Positions 43,502 to 52,296 of a stretch of DNA of 64,000 nucleotides are shown here, in pieces. A program made the position numbers and the translations under genes. Numbering within the stretch: position 1 is the first letter of the stretch; each line of letters starts with the position of its first letter. The stretch is from Candidatus Binatia bacterium. GTDB lineage: Bacteria; Eisenbacteria; RBG-16-71-46; SZUA-252. The notes under the pieces are model-generated. The model made no database searches. It worked only from the letters and a program-made list of their open reading frames with translations, and was not told the DNA's origin. The stretch spans positions 3,327 through 67,326 of the forward strand of contig DASQJL010000112.1 in the NCBI GenBank assembly GCA_035631035.1, read 5' to 3'.

Positions 43502-44919
43502 GCGGCGGCCGGCCTGCGGGGACCCCGGCGGCGGCGGCCCGGACGCCAGATCAGCTCGGCCGTCTGCAGCGTGAGGACGAGGCCGATCGCGCCGATCACG
43601 ATGTTGGGAATCCACATCGCGAGCCAGGGGGCCACGAGGCGGCGGTCGGCGAGCTCCTCGCCGCCGGCCAGGCACAGATAGTAGAAGACGAAGAAGAGGA
43701 TCGAGACGAAGGCCACGGCGATGCCGCTCTTGCGCGCGCGCATGCCGAGCGGCGCCCCCACGAGCACGAAGACCAGGCAGGCCGCGGGGATCGAGAACTT
43801 CTTGTTCACCTCCACCTCCAGGCTGTTCAGCCGGCGCTCCAGCGCCTCGATCTCCAGCTGTCGCATCTGGATGGCGTCCATGGTCGCCGGGGCGATCGGC
43901 CGCGGCCGGACCGTCTCGGGCGCCGATCCCCGCGAGCCGATCGCGCCCACCGAGGAAAGGGTGTGCACCGCCGCGCGGAGCCAGGCCCCCACCCCTCGCG
44001 CCGGCTGGCGCGGGATGGCGGCCCGGACGAACTCGCCGTACGACGTGAAGCCGGCCGACTGGAGGATCTCGTCCCGCCCATGGGTCGAGATCGCCAGGGC
44101 CTTCCGGAGCTCTCCGATGTTGTCCTGCATCATCTTGAGGGTCATTTCCCGGTCCCCGCGCGCCTGCCGGTCGTGCCGCTCCAGATCGGCGCCGGGCGTC
44201 CGAATATTGATCGTCTGGGTCGCGAACTTGAGGCGCCGGTAGGTTCGCTCGTCCTCATTGGGCGGCACTTCATGGATTTCGCCGTCGTGAAGCTCCAGGG
44301 AGATCGTCCGGCCGTCGGGGGAGTTGTGGATCACCCCCCAGTCGGCCAGGATGGTCGTCGGCCGGGCGTTCGAGTTGAGCTGGTAGATCTTCACGCCGCG
44401 GATCTCGTTCGTCCGGCTGTTCACCTTCTCCACGAAGATGTTGTAGCCCACGAACCCGTCGTTGAAGACGCCCTCCGTGATCTGGGCGGTGGGGCGCTTC
44501 CGGCCGACGTCCGCCATGAGGTTCGCCAGAGCGTGGTTCGACTCGGGGAGGATGTGGTTGTTGAAGAGGACGAGGAGCACGGCGAGGACGGTCGCGGCGA
44601 ACAGCGGCACGCCGACGATCCGGAGCAGGTTGACCCCGGTCGACCGCATCGCCACGACCTCGTTGTCCTGGGAGAGGCGGCCGAAGGTGGCCATGCAGGC
44701 GATGAGCACCGCGCAGGGGAAGGCCAGCGCCACCATGTAGCCCAGCGAGAGCACGAACATCTCGGCGACGATGCCCACCCCCACCCCCTTGCCGACCGCC
44801 AGGTCCACCAGGTCGAAGAGGAAGTCCAAGGTCAGCAAGAAGATGACGATGCTGAACCCCAGGAAGAAGGGGAACACGTGCTCGCGGAGGACGTACCGTT
44901 CCAGTATTCTCATGGGCAT
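43498..44919 (-). CDS. lptF: LPS export ABC transporter permease, LptF/LptG (YjgP/YjgQ) family, with enlarged periplasmic region
   Basis: Track ORF 43498..44952(-), with the start at one of the ATGs in MPMRILERYVLREH. NEVVAMRSTGVN is present. The protein is about 470 aa and contains a coiled-coil-like insert (IQMRQLEIEALERRLNSLEVEVNKK) before the last TM bundle. Confidence 0.75.
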   Translation of the reverse strand: MPMRILERYVLREHVFPFFLGFSIVIFLLTLDFLFDLVDLAVGKGVGVGIVAEMFVLSLGYMVALAFPCAVLIACMATFGRLSQDNEVVAMRSTGVNLLRIVGVPLFAATVLAVLLVLFNNHILPESNHALANLMADVGRKRPTAQITEGVFNDGFVGYNIFVEKVNSRTNEIRGVKIYQLNSNARPTTILADWGVIHNSPDGRTISLELHDGEIHEVPPNEDERTYRRLKFATQTINIRTPGADLERHDRQARGDREMTLKMMQDNIGELRKALAISTHGRDEILQSAGFTSYGEFVRAAIPRQPARGVGAWLRAAVHTLSSVGAIGSRGSAPETVRPRPIAPATMDAIQMRQLEIEALERRLNSLEVEVNKKFSIPAACLVFVLVGAPLGMRARKSGIAVAFVSILFFVFYYLCLAGGEELADRRLVAPWLAMWIPNIVIGAIGLVLTLQTAELIWRPGRRRRGPRRPAAA

Positions 44920-45051
44920 CCTGACGATGAAGGCAATTCCTTGCCAAATCAATAGGTTCGGGGCGAACTACTCGGCCCCGGGGGGGTTTAACGTCTGTCG
45001 CATCCTCGAGGGTCCGGGGGGCCCGCATCCGGGAACGCACCGAATGACACG

Positions 45052-48000
45052 ATGCACCACCGACAGCTGAAGTCCCTGGGCGGAGCGGCGATCCTGGCGC
45101 TTGCGCTGATCGCCATCGCGTTCCCGCGCCCGGCGCGCGCCGAGCTCGAGTTTCGAGGGCTGCCCGACCCCGCCGAATACCTCTATCCCATGGATGACAC
45201 CCCGGCGGGGCTTCCGCGCTCCTGGCGCTTCCCGACGCCCGGCCCGCTCCAGAACGGCTTCGGCGACCCCACCGTCTCGGTCAGCGTCGATCCGATCTCG
45301 GGCCTCGTCCGCGAGAACTATCTAGAGCAGAACGTCGATATCCGCGAGCCCTTTGTCGTGAGCGAGCCCGATTACAACCGGGTCCTGACGGCCCGCACGG
45401 CGCGCCGGCTGTGGCAGGACACGTTCCGGCAGAACCGCTCGATCCAGCGGAACGCCGGGCGCGTGGGGGGCAGCATTTTCCGCGTCGATCTTCCGGTCGT
45501 GCTTCCGAAGGCCGTCCGCTCGATCGTGGGCGACGGCGCCCCCAACCTCGAGGTGACCGGGAGCGAGCAGATCACGCTTTCGGGGACCAGCGACTGGACG
45601 GCGAACAAGACGGTCAGCACCGGGGAGCGCAAGCGTCAGGGCGCGTTCCCGTCGTTCGAGATGAAGCAGGAGCTGAACGTCAACCTGACCGGCTCGATCG
45701 GCGACAAGATCAAGGTGGACGTGGACCAGTCCAGCAACGTCCAGACCTCCCTCGACAACAAGGTGAAGCTCCGCTACGAGGGGGACGAGGACGACATGAT
45801 CAAGTCGGTCGAGCTGGGGAACACCAACCTCTCCCTGCAGGGCGCCTCGATCCGCCAGGAAGGGCTGTTCGGCGTCAAGACGGCCGCCAAGCTCGGGAAC
45901 GTGGACGTGGTCACGATCGCGAGCAAGCAGGAGGGGAAGAACGAGACCGCGCGCTTCACGCCGTCGGGGGACAATACCCAGGTCATCATCCGCGACGTGG
46001 ACTACATCAAGCGGCAGTACTTCTCTCTGACCGACCACTTCGCGCTGATCGACTACAAGGGGGAGCAGGCGGGGCAGAAGCTGGAGGTCTACAAGCTCGA
46101 CCTTTCCACGAACCACCTCGGCCTCACGGAGGGGATCGGCCGCGTCAACCCCAACGCCCCCTACGACTCCCTGACCAATCCGCAGACGAGGGGCTTCTGG
46201 AAGCTTCTCACCAACCTGACCGACTACACGGTGGAGGAGGACCACTGGCAGGGGCTGCCCAACGGCCTCAAGGTGCCGGTGATCCGCCTCACCGTCCCGC
46301 TCTCCGAACCCGAGGTGCTCGGCGTGGCCTACACCGAGATCTCCAACGGAGTCACGGAGGTGGTCGGGATCGGCGCGGACCGGCTCGGCCCGGAGAACGT
46401 GCCGCTCGGAAAGCCGGCCGGCCTGGTGCTCCTCAAGGTGATCAAGTTCGCCGGAAACGAGATCGACACCGACCCGGAGGGGCGCTATCTCGCGAGCGAC
46501 CCCTGGTTTCCGACGCTCAAGTACGAGCTGCGCAATTTTTACGACCTGGGGGCGCGCAACATCGCCACGACCACGATGACCCTGAACGTGCGGCGCGTGC
46601 AGCAGGGGCAGGCCATCAACCCCGACCAGCTGGGCGGGAAGCCTTTGATCCAGGTCCTCGACCTGGACGAGAAGGACGTCTCGGGGGAGGTCGCGCCCGA
46701 CGGCAAGGTGGACCTGAACCTGGTGGACGCCGAGCGCGGGATCCTCTTCTTCCCCGACCTGAATCCCTTCGCGCCGACCCTGGGGGACACCGTCACCTGC
46801 GGTCCCACGTTCTTCCCGCTCGCCTGCCTCAACAACTCCAAGTACGGGTGGAACCCGGGGAATCCGCGGCCCACCCCGAACACGCTCGAAGCCGATTCCT
46901 CGAACGAGAAGATCTACACCTTCCGCACGGTGAACAGCCAGGAGGACGCCCGCTACTTCATCGAAGGGCAGTTCCAGAGCAGCCGGAACGGCTACTACCT
47001 GGGCCGCTTCAACATCCTCGAGGGTTCCGAAGTGGTGAAGGTGGACGGTGTTCCCTTCCGGCGGGACACTGACTACACCATCGATTACGACACGGGGCAG
47101 CTCACGTTCCTCAAGGTCCCCGGCCCGAACCAGGTGGTCTCGGTGGACTACTCCTTCGCCCCGGGTGCGGGGCAGGTGCAGCGGACCCTGCTCGGGTTTT
47201 CCACGTCCTACAATCCGGCCAGCAACCTCTCCTTCTCCTCCAGCCTCCTCTATGAGAGCAAGGGGGCGCAGGAGGACCTGGTCAAGCTGGGGGAGGAGCC
47301 CGCCACCTCCATGATCGGCGACCTCTCGTCGGTCCTGGCCTTCCGCCCAAATTGGATGACCCAGCTCGCGAACCGGATCCCCGGGATCGCGACCAGCGCG
47401 CAGTCGGCGCTGAACTTCCAGGGGAGCGTCTCGGCCAGCGTGCCCGACCCCAACACGAAGGGGGAGGCGTACGTGGACGACATGGAGGGGAATCGCGAGT
47501 CGAACACCGTTCCGCTGAGCCGCGTGCAGTGGCTCTACAGCAGCATCCCGGTCGTGGACCCGATCACGGGGGAGAACGTCCCCGGCACCGACCCCGCCAC
47601 CCACGCCCGGCTCCGCTGGTACAACCCGACCGGCGACAACAACGACTACGCCGTCAAGGAGCACGACCTGAAGCCGTCGCTCAAGGACGACGAGGGGGGC
47701 AAGAACCAGCGCCAGGTGCTCGCGCTGGACGTGGTGCCGCCGCTCGCCGACACGACGGCCCTGGTCACGCCGGAGATGTGGACCGGCATCACGGTGCCGC
47801 TCGGCACGGTGGGGCAGGATCTGACCCGGATCCAGTACTTCGAGGTCTGGGTGAACGACTTCCGCAGGGATCACACCCTGACGCAGGGGAAGATCCACTT
47901 CGACTTCGGCCGGATCAGCGAGGACGCCTTCTGGGACCCCAGGAACCCGCCCAACCACGAGCTGGACACCGAGGACAAGAATGGCGACGGCAAGCTCGAC

Positions 48001-51000
48001 CGGCGCGATCCCGGAAAGCCGGGGTCGGCGGAGCATGAAGCGTACTTGAGCGACGACGAAGACACGGGCCTGGACGGACTTCACGATGAGGAGGAGCCGG
48101 GCTACGCGGGCCCGGGGTCGGACCCGAACCAGGACGACTACGTCTACGACGCCGACAAGGCCCGGGACGATTACTCCAAGATCAACAACCTCGAGGGGAA
48201 CGCGCTCAACGACCCGAACGCCCGCCCCGACACCGAGGACCTGAACAAGGACGGCGGGCTGGACCTGGATAACGACTACTTCGAGCGCGGGATCGACCTC
48301 GCGGACACCGAGTTCGTGGCGGTCGATGTCCCGAACGAGTACGCCGGGTTCCCCGTGGTGGACACGCGGAAGGTGCCGAACGGCTGGCGCCTCTACCGGA
48401 TTCCGATCGACTCCCTGTCCACGCGGGTGGGGAATCCCAACTGGGCCAACGTCCAGGCGGTGCGGATCTGGATCGACGGCATGCGGGAGCCGCTCAAGCT
48501 CCAGGTCGGCGGCATCGAGATGATCGGGAGCCGCTGGATCCGCCAGGCGGTGCGCGACAGCATGTTCTACCGGAATCGCGACTTCTTCGTGCTCGCCAAG
48601 AACAACAAGGACGACCCCGACTACGTGGCGCCCTACGACGTGAAGAACCAGGTCGGCATCACCGCGGACCGGCGGGAGCAGTCGCTGGCGCTGCGCTACG
48701 CGCGGATCCAGCCGGGCGACAGCTTGCTCGCCTTCAAGACCTACGGCGACGTGGGGAACGCGGTGGGGTGGACGCTCTACCAGGAGATCCGCTTCTACGT
48801 GCACGGCGACCTGGGCATCGAGTCGCAGAAGGCGCGGGCCATCGCGCGGTTCGGCCCCGACACGGTCAACTACTACGAGTACAGCATCCCCCTGAAGAGC
48901 GGGTGGCAGTCGGTGGTGATCCCGATGGAGCGCCTCTCCAGCTTGAAGGAGAAACCGGGCAGGGCCGTCGACTCGGTCCTGGTCGATCGCGAAACCGGCG
49001 CCGCGACGGGAGAGGTCTACTCGGTGCGCGGCAACCCCAGCTTCACGCGGGTGAACCGCGTCTCCTTCGGCGTGGCCCTGGACAGCGACGCCTCGCCGAA
49101 CGCGGCGGGGGAGGTCTGGTTCGACGAGCTCCGCCTGTCGGCGGTGCGGAAGGACCGCGGGTACGCCTCGAACGTGACGGTCCAGGCGAACTTCGCCGAC
49201 GTGCTGGCGCTGAACGGCACGTTCACCCAGCAGGACAAGGACTACTTCCGGGTGGGCCTGGGCTCGAACCAGGGGACCGGCTTCGACCATACCGCGACCG
49301 GGCTCTCGAGCACCCTCAACCTGGACCGCTTCATCCCCACGAGCGGCGTCCAGCTCCCGGTGCGCTTCTCGGTCCAGCATTCGCAGGACGTGCCCAAGTT
49401 CCGCACCGGCTCGGACGTCATCCTGGACGCCTCGCGCCAGGACATCGAGCGGACCGAGGCCAACTCCCAGTCGATCGATCTGTCGTACAACCGTTCGAGC
49501 CCCAAGAAGGGTCTCGCGCGCTACACGCTGGATGCCCTGAACGGCCGCCTGTCCTACGCCCGCGGGGGCTCGATCAACCCCCAGTCGGCGGATTCCAGCT
49601 GGAGCTTCATCACGAACACCAGCTACAGCATCCCGATCGGGGGCAACGGGGTGAAGCTGGGTCCGCTCCGCCTGAACCCGCTCCCGCGCACCGTGACCGT
49701 GGCCGCCGACTGGGTCTCCACGCGGCGCGTCTCCTACTCACGGGACTTCAACGACTCGGGCGGGGTGGAGCAGGAGCTGCGCAGCGACGTGAAGCAGCGC
49801 CTGCTGACGCTGCGCATGGACACGTCGGTCGAGCCCCTGGCCGGGGTCCGCATGACCTACCGGCTGAACTCGCAGCGCGACATGCTGCTCCACCACGACG
49901 ACTTCTTCGGCTTCAATCGGGGGACCGAGATCCGGCACGAGCAGAACGTCGGCCTGAACTACCGGCCGCGCTGGCTCACGTTCTTGCAGCCGGAGATCGA
50001 CCTGAAGGGAAACTACAGCGAGGACGCGGGACCTCAAGTGAGGCTCCTGGCGACCGACCCGATCGATCTCAAGCGGATCCAGAACTCGGGCACGGCGCAC
50101 ACGAACATCACGATCCCGCTCTCGCGCTTCGGGGGTCGGCGCGGCGCGGCGCACGACACGTCGGGATCGTTCTCGCCCCTGGCACCCCTCCGGTTCCTTT
50201 TCTCGAAGATGCAGGACCTCTCGGCGACGTTCGACCTGAACCGGAGCGCCGTGCTGGACCGCGTGGCGGGAAATCCGGGGCTCTCCTTCCAGACCGGCTT
50301 CACCGAGGTCTTCGACGATCAGGTCACGCGCTACTCGAACTCCACGTTCCAGACGGCGCGCCGCTACAGCACGCGCGCGAACACCTCGTTCCGGCCGCTC
50401 GACAAGCTGAGCTTCGACATCCACGGCGACTATCAGCTCCAGTTCACGGATCAGGTGGGCGGCGCCCTGCGCTCGGCCCAGACGGCCTGGCCGGACGTCA
50501 ACGCGCGATGGGTGGACCTGCAGCGCCTGCTCGGGCTGAACGGGCCGCTCACCAGCCTGACCCTGAACTCCTGGTACGTGAAGAAGTCGCAGGAGAGCGG
50601 GCCGCCGAACCGCGAGCCCGACCAGCTCCTGGAGACCACGTCGTTCAGCCCGCTCCTCGGCTGGGACGCGATGTTCCGGAGCGGCGTCCACCTGACCGCG
50701 GCGAGCGGCTTCGACAAGTCGCGCAGCACCGACAACCGCGCGGCCGACTTCTATCGCGACCGCTCCAACAAGACGACGCGGCTCGCGGTGAGCAAGAATT
50801 TCCCGGCGTCCAAGGGGATCAAGTTCCCCTGGAGCAAGAAGCGGGTGCGGCTGCCCAACGACCTGAATCTGGGCATCCAGGCCGACCTGGGGTCGAGCCG
50901 AGGGTTGATCCACCAAGCCGGGAGAGACGAGATCGAGGAGGACCGTGGGACGTTGAATATCGGCAGCTCGACGAACTACAATTTCAGCCAGTCGATCACG

Positions 51001-51099
51001 GGCGGGTTCAATCTCGCCTTCCGCCAGACCACCGATCGGAAAGCCTTCTTGACCCAGCGGGGCATCACGATGTCCTTCACCGGCGCGTTCCGCTTCTAG
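45052..51099 (+). CDS. sprA: SprA/Sov-type type IX secretion system translocon (giant outer-membrane barrel, 2015 aa)
   Basis: Track ORF. The signal peptide is AILALALIAIAFPRPARA|ELEF. I recognise the N-terminal block FEMKQELNVNLTGSIGDKIKVDVDQSSNVQTSLDNKVKLRYEGDEDDMIKSVELGNTNLSLQGASIRQEGLFGVKTAAKLGNVDVVTIASKQEGK as the conserved SprA hallmark region. The protein is huge and beta-rich, and it ends in an aromatic terminus (FTGAFRF). Confidence 0.75.
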   Translation: MHHRQLKSLGGAAILALALIAIAFPRPARAELEFRGLPDPAEYLYPMDDTPAGLPRSWRFPTPGPLQNGFGDPTVSVSVDPISGLVRENYLEQNVDIREPFVVSEPDYNRVLTARTARRLWQDTFRQNRSIQRNAGRVGGSIFRVDLPVVLPKAVRSIVGDGAPNLEVTGSEQITLSGTSDWTANKTVSTGERKRQGAFPSFEMKQELNVNLTGSIGDKIKVDVDQSSNVQTSLDNKVKLRYEGDEDDMIKSVELGNTNLSLQGASIRQEGLFGVKTAAKLGNVDVVTIASKQEGKNETARFTPSGDNTQVIIRDVDYIKRQYFSLTDHFALIDYKGEQAGQKLEVYKLDLSTNHLGLTEGIGRVNPNAPYDSLTNPQTRGFWKLLTNLTDYTVEEDHWQGLPNGLKVPVIRLTVPLSEPEVLGVAYTEISNGVTEVVGIGADRLGPENVPLGKPAGLVLLKVIKFAGNEIDTDPEGRYLASDPWFPTLKYELRNFYDLGARNIATTTMTLNVRRVQQGQAINPDQLGGKPLIQVLDLDEKDVSGEVAPDGKVDLNLVDAERGILFFPDLNPFAPTLGDTVTCGPTFFPLACLNNSKYGWNPGNPRPTPNTLEADSSNEKIYTFRTVNSQEDARYFIEGQFQSSRNGYYLGRFNILEGSEVVKVDGVPFRRDTDYTIDYDTGQLTFLKVPGPNQVVSVDYSFAPGAGQVQRTLLGFSTSYNPASNLSFSSSLLYESKGAQEDLVKLGEEPATSMIGDLSSVLAFRPNWMTQLANRIPGIATSAQSALNFQGSVSASVPDPNTKGEAYVDDMEGNRESNTVPLSRVQWLYSSIPVVDPITGENVPGTDPATHARLRWYNPTGDNNDYAVKEHDLKPSLKDDEGGKNQRQVLALDVVPPLADTTALVTPEMWTGITVPLGTVGQDLTRIQYFEVWVNDFRRDHTLTQGKIHFDFGRISEDAFWDPRNPPNHELDTEDKNGDGKLDRRDPGKPGSAEHEAYLSDDEDTGLDGLHDEEEPGYAGPGSDPNQDDYVYDADKARDDYSKINNLEGNALNDPNARPDTEDLNKDGGLDLDNDYFERGIDLADTEFVAVDVPNEYAGFPVVDTRKVPNGWRLYRIPIDSLSTRVGNPNWANVQAVRIWIDGMREPLKLQVGGIEMIGSRWIRQAVRDSMFYRNRDFFVLAKNNKDDPDYVAPYDVKNQVGITADRREQSLALRYARIQPGDSLLAFKTYGDVGNAVGWTLYQEIRFYVHGDLGIESQKARAIARFGPDTVNYYEYSIPLKSGWQSVVIPMERLSSLKEKPGRAVDSVLVDRETGAATGEVYSVRGNPSFTRVNRVSFGVALDSDASPNAAGEVWFDELRLSAVRKDRGYASNVTVQANFADVLALNGTFTQQDKDYFRVGLGSNQGTGFDHTATGLSSTLNLDRFIPTSGVQLPVRFSVQHSQDVPKFRTGSDVILDASRQDIERTEANSQSIDLSYNRSSPKKGLARYTLDALNGRLSYARGGSINPQSADSSWSFITNTSYSIPIGGNGVKLGPLRLNPLPRTVTVAADWVSTRRVSYSRDFNDSGGVEQELRSDVKQRLLTLRMDTSVEPLAGVRMTYRLNSQRDMLLHHDDFFGFNRGTEIRHEQNVGLNYRPRWLTFLQPEIDLKGNYSEDAGPQVRLLATDPIDLKRIQNSGTAHTNITIPLSRFGGRRGAAHDTSGSFSPLAPLRFLFSKMQDLSATFDLNRSAVLDRVAGNPGLSFQTGFTEVFDDQVTRYSNSTFQTARRYSTRANTSFRPLDKLSFDIHGDYQLQFTDQVGGALRSAQTAWPDVNARWVDLQRLLGLNGPLTSLTLNSWYVKKSQESGPPNREPDQLLETTSFSPLLGWDAMFRSGVHLTAASGFDKSRSTDNRAADFYRDRSNKTTRLAVSKNFPASKGIKFPWSKKRVRLPNDLNLGIQADLGSSRGLIHQAGRDEIEEDRGTLNIGSSTNYNFSQSITGGFNLAFRQTTDRKAFLTQRGITMSFTGAFRF

Positions 51100-51100
51100 C

Positions 51101-52075
51101 GTGCCGGCCCACATGCCCTCGCCACCGGGCGGCGCGCGCCGAGCGCGCGGTCTCGGTGTGTTCCAGGGCGCGGTCGCGGCGGCGCTCCTCATCGCCGTGG
51201 GCACCTCGTGCGCGCGCACGCCCAAGGCGGTCGCGTTCGACGGCAGCCGGGCCTACGAGTGGGTGAGGCGCCAGGTCGCCTTCGGCCCCCGCACCCCCGG
51301 CACGGCCGCCCACGACTCCTGTTTCGCCCTTCTCGTGGAGACGCTCCGGAAGAACGCGGACGTGGTCGAGACCGACAGCTTCCACTACTACGCCCCCGAG
51401 CTGAACAAGGACCTCCGGCTCATGAACGTCATGGCCCGCTACCGTCCGAACGAGAAGCGGCGCGTCCTCTTCGCGGCCCACTGGGACACGCGCCCGTGGG
51501 CCGACCGCGACCCCGACTCCACCCGCAAGAATCAGCCGATCCTGGGCGCCAACGACGGCGGCTCGGGGGTGGGCGTGCTGCTGGCCCTGGCCGAGCAGCT
51601 CCACCGGCATTCCCCGGGCATCGGCGTGGACCTGGCGCTGTTCGACGGGGAGGACCTCGGCACCGACACCAACCCTGCCGGGTTTTTCCGCGGCTCCAGG
51701 CGCTACCTCGAGTGGCGCGCCACCGAGCCCGCGCCCCTGTTCGTGGTGGTGATCGACATGGTCGGGCGGAAGGACGCCGCCTTCTACTGGGAGGGGAACT
51801 CGTACAACCGGTCGGCGAACATCGTGATGGTCCTCTGGAACCGGGCCAAGGAGATGGGATTGCGTCAGTTCCGGAGCGGGGTCAAGTTCACGATCGCCGA
51901 CGACCACGTCCCCTTCCTGGAAGCCGACATCCCGGCGATCGACGTGATCGACTTCGACTTCCCGGCCTGGCACACCCACAGGGACGACCTCACGGCCGTG
52001 GACCCCGGCACCCTGGAAGCCGTGGGACGAGTGCTGCTTAGCCTCGTGAGCAACGTCGACTACCTGCAAAATTAA
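51101..52075 (+). CDS. Glutaminyl-peptide cyclotransferase-like M28 family protein (possible lipoprotein)
   Basis: It starts 1 nt after the sprA stop (GTG 51101 or ATG 51113). Blocks: AAHWDTRPWAD, ILGANDGGSGVGVLLALAE, LALFDGEDLG and VVVIDMVG. DDHVPFLEADIPAIDVIDFDFPAWHTHRDD parallels human/Porphyromonas QC DHIPFL...P..WHT.DD. The N-terminus reads LLIAVGTSC. Confidence 0.7.
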   Translation: MPAHMPSPPGGARRARGLGVFQGAVAAALLIAVGTSCARTPKAVAFDGSRAYEWVRRQVAFGPRTPGTAAHDSCFALLVETLRKNADVVETDSFHYYAPELNKDLRLMNVMARYRPNEKRRVLFAAHWDTRPWADRDPDSTRKNQPILGANDGGSGVGVLLALAEQLHRHSPGIGVDLALFDGEDLGTDTNPAGFFRGSRRYLEWRATEPAPLFVVVIDMVGRKDAAFYWEGNSYNRSANIVMVLWNRAKEMGLRQFRSGVKFTIADDHVPFLEADIPAIDVIDFDFPAWHTHRDDLTAVDPGTLEAVGRVLLSLVSNVDYLQN

Positions 52076-52187
52076 CCGCGCGCCGATGTCCCGCGCGCCG
52101 CAGCGCGCGGAACCCCAGTTCCTTATCCGCCGCGCCCCTCAGAGCCATACCAGCATCCTTATATAGCCCCCCGTCCCACATTGCTGC

Positions 52188-52216
52188 TTGACCCCGAACG
52201 CTACCCCCCTTAGGGT
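52188..52216 (+). promoter_or_regulatory. Sigma-70-like promoter of the rimP-nusA-infB operon
   Basis: TTGACC (52188-52193), 17 nt, TAGGGT (52211-52216). Confidence 0.45.
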
Positions 52217-52220
52217 CAGT

Positions 52221-52257
52221 GGTCCGAGTGGACCCACCCGTCCACTCGGTCCTTTTT
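52221..52257 (+). terminator. Rho-independent terminator / leader attenuator hairpin
   Basis: GGTCCGAGTGGAC-ccaccc-GTCCACTCGGTCC (10 perfect bp plus 2 bp after one mismatch) is followed by TTTTT. It lies 146 nt after the QC-like gene and 40 nt before the rimP ATG. Confidence 0.7.
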
Positions 52258-52296
52258 CGGGCCGTGCCCGGGCTCGGGAGCGCCCGGGGGCTAGAA

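Noticed and set aside
45322-49380. A 1352-aa ORF on the minus strand, antisense to sprA
   Set aside because: It is a shadow ORF typical of high-GC DNA. Its composition is dominated by Arg/Gly/Val/Pro/His/Leu runs with no recognisable motifs. The sense strand encodes a coherent SprA-like protein across the whole span.
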